Source: Callorhinchus milii
Lineage: Eukaryota
Length of the DNA stretch: 64,000 nucleotides
Direction of reading: 5' to 3'
Assembly (NCBI RefSeq): GCF_018977255.1
Contig: NW_024704742.1
Coordinates: 70,496,001-70,560,000 of the forward strand
Positions 61,582-64,000 of the stretch are shown in pieces; the stretch's first letter is position 1; the number at the start of each line of letters is the position of its first letter. The position numbers and the translations under genes were made by a program. The notes beneath the pieces were generated by a model. It made no database searches. It saw only the letters and a program-made list of their open reading frames with translations, and had not been told where the DNA came from.

Positions 61582-62340
61582 TATCATAAAATCATAAAAT
61601 CACAAAGCACAGAATGAGGCCATTCGGGCCATTGTGTCTGTGCCGGCTCTTTGAAAAGAGCTATCCAAATCAATCCCATTCACCCGCTCTCTCCCTATAG
61701 CCCTGCAAATGTGTCCTCCCCAAATAATTGTCTACTTCTCTCTTAAAAGTTGATATTGATTCAGCTTCCACCACTCTTTCAAGCAATATATTCCAGATCC
61801 GAATAACTCGTTGTGTGAAAATATTTCTCCTCATCTCCCTCTGTTTCTTTTAACAACTATTGTAAATCGGTGCCCTCGGATTACCGACCCACCCGCCAGT
61901 GGAAATAGTTTCTCCTTGTTCACCCTAACGAATCCCGTCATAATTTTGGAAACTTCTATTAAATCTTCTCTTAACCTTCTCTGCTCCAAGGAGAATAATC
62001 CTAACTTCTCTAACCTCTCCTGATAACTGAAGTCCCTCATTCCTGGTACCATCCTGGAAAATCTCCTTTGCACCCTCTCCAATGCCCTGACATCCTTCCT
62101 AAAGTGTAGTGCCCAGAACTGAACACAGTCTCGAGCTGAGGCCCAACCAGTGTTTTATATAAAGGTTCATCATAACTTCCTGACTTTTGTATTCTCTGCC
62201 CCTATTTATAAAGCTTAGTGTCCCGTATGTTTTTTTAACAGCTTTATCTCCCTGTCCTGCCACCTTCAAAGATTTACTGATATGAACCCCCAGGTCTCTC
62301 TGTTCCTTCACCCCCTTTACGATTCTACCATCGGCTTATA
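61582..62340 (-). mobile_element. CR1 LINE 3' fragment
   Basis: ERVQRRFSRMVPGMRDFSYQERLEKLGLFSLEQRRLR. Confidence 0.9.
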
Positions 62341-62354
62341 TTGCCACCACCTAT

Positions 62355-64000
62355 CTTACACACAAACTGCAACACTCTGATACACTCACAAATATTGCAA
62401 CACTCTAATGCACACTCACATTGTAACACAATCTATTACACACACATTGTCACACTAATAATACACATTGTAACACATTGTAACACTATGATACACACAC
62501 ACTGTAACACTCTGATACACACACCTTGTAACAATCTGATACAGACACTGTAGCTCAGTGGTTAGAGCACTCGCTTTGAGTAAGACACCTGGGTTCAATT
62601 CCAGGAAGGGTGAAACCTTGGGAAAGTTTCCTTACTCCACACACCTAATAATAATCCCTCCAAAACAAAACAATAATAAATTGGTCATTTTCAATCCACG
62701 ACTGTTTGTGGGACATTGCTGTGTGCAATTGGCTGCCGCGTTCGCCCACAAATATACAGTCAATTCACTTTACAGTCTATTCTGTGAAGTGCTTTGAGAT
62801 GTCTCGAAGACATGAAAAGCACTATATCAAATGCAAGAATTATTATTATTAACACTTTAATGCACACACAGATTGTAACACTAATGCACTCACATTGTAA
62901 CACTAATACACACATTCTAACCCTCTAATACACACACACTGTGACACTCTGATATACACACACACTGCGACACTCTGATACACACACACACTGCGACACT
63001 CTGATACACACACACACTGCGACACTCTGATACACACACACTGTGACACTCTCATATACACACACACTGCGACACTCTGATACACACACACTGCGACACT
63101 CTTGATACACACACACACTGCGACACTCTGATACACACACACACTGCGACACTCTGATACACACACACTGTGACACTCTCATACACACACACATTGCAAC
63201 ACTCTGATACACATATTGTGACACTCTAATACACACACATTGTGACACTCTCATACACACACATTGTATCACTCTGATACACAGACATTGTGACACTGAT
63301 ACACACACATTGTGACACTCTAATACACATACATTGTGACACTCTCACACACACATTGTGACTCTAATACACACACATTGTGACACTCTCACACACACAT
63401 TGTGACACTCTAATACACACACATTGTGACACTCTGATACACACACATTGTGACACTCTCATACACACACATTGTGATACTGATACACACACATTGTGAC
63501 ACTCTAATACACACACATTGTGACACTCTCATACACACACACATTGTGACACTCTGATACACACATTGTGACACTCTGACACACACACACATTGTGACAC
63601 TCTCATACACACGTTGTGACACTCTAATACACACACATTGTGACACTCGTACACACACATTGTGACACTGATACACACACACATTGTGACACTCTAATAC
63701 ACACACATTGTGACACTAATACACACACATTGTGACACTCTAAAACACACACATTATGACACTCTGATACACACACATTGTGACACTCTAATACACACAC
63801 ATTGTGACACTCTAATACACACACATTGTGACACTCTAATACACACACACACACTGTGACACTGATACACACACATTGTGGCACTCTAATACACACACAT
63901 TGTGACACTCTAATACACACACATTGTGACACTCTGATACACACACATTGTGACACTCTAATACACACACATTGTGACACTCTGATACACACACATTGTG
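62355..64000 (+). repeat. CA-rich minisatellite (ACACACAYTGYGACACTCTRAT)n, runs off the window end
   Basis: seen directly; interrupted by a SINE at 62548-62850. Confidence 0.92.
62548..62850 (+). mobile_element. Second tRNA-SINE family, short form, inserted in a CA-rich minisatellite
   Basis: same head and tail; ACACT flanks. Confidence 0.85.

Noticed and set aside
60842..63992. Cys/Val-rich ORFs resembling metallothionein or keratin-associated proteins
   Set aside because: Translations of CA/TG minisatellites

Overview
Vertebrate genomic DNA, most likely a cartilaginous fish. This is inferred from the Deu-domain tRNA-SINEs, L2/CR1 LINE tails and a shark-type Penelope-like fragment. Two spliced genes lie tail to tail, and the ORF track largely misses both. 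(1) Plus strand 315-46298: the last 21 coding exons (782 aa in window, all splice phases close) of a DOCK-A family Rac GEF. It has an intact DHR2 domain, a DOCK2-like core and a DOCK1-like proline-rich tail, and one intron looks U12-type. (2) Minus strand 55008-52104: five coding exons (176 aa) of a BNIP3/BNIP3L-family mitophagy receptor with a WVEL LIR and C-terminal TM helix. An ACGTG-N8-CACGT hypoxia-response-like element lies upstream; the first coding exon is not securely located. The rest is mostly SINEs, LINE fragments, an unclassified ~470-bp repeat family and tandem arrays. The most unusual signals are three locally copied splice-site segments: a perfect 67-nt decoy copy of the U12 acceptor, an exon-end plus donor copy, and a 19-nt inverted copy able to mask the BNIP3-like exon-3 acceptor. 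The DOCK 3'UTR also carries a quasi-palindromic 18-nt array that could fold into one long dsRNA stem. Protein comparisons are from recalled human sequences, not database searches. TE boundaries are approximate.
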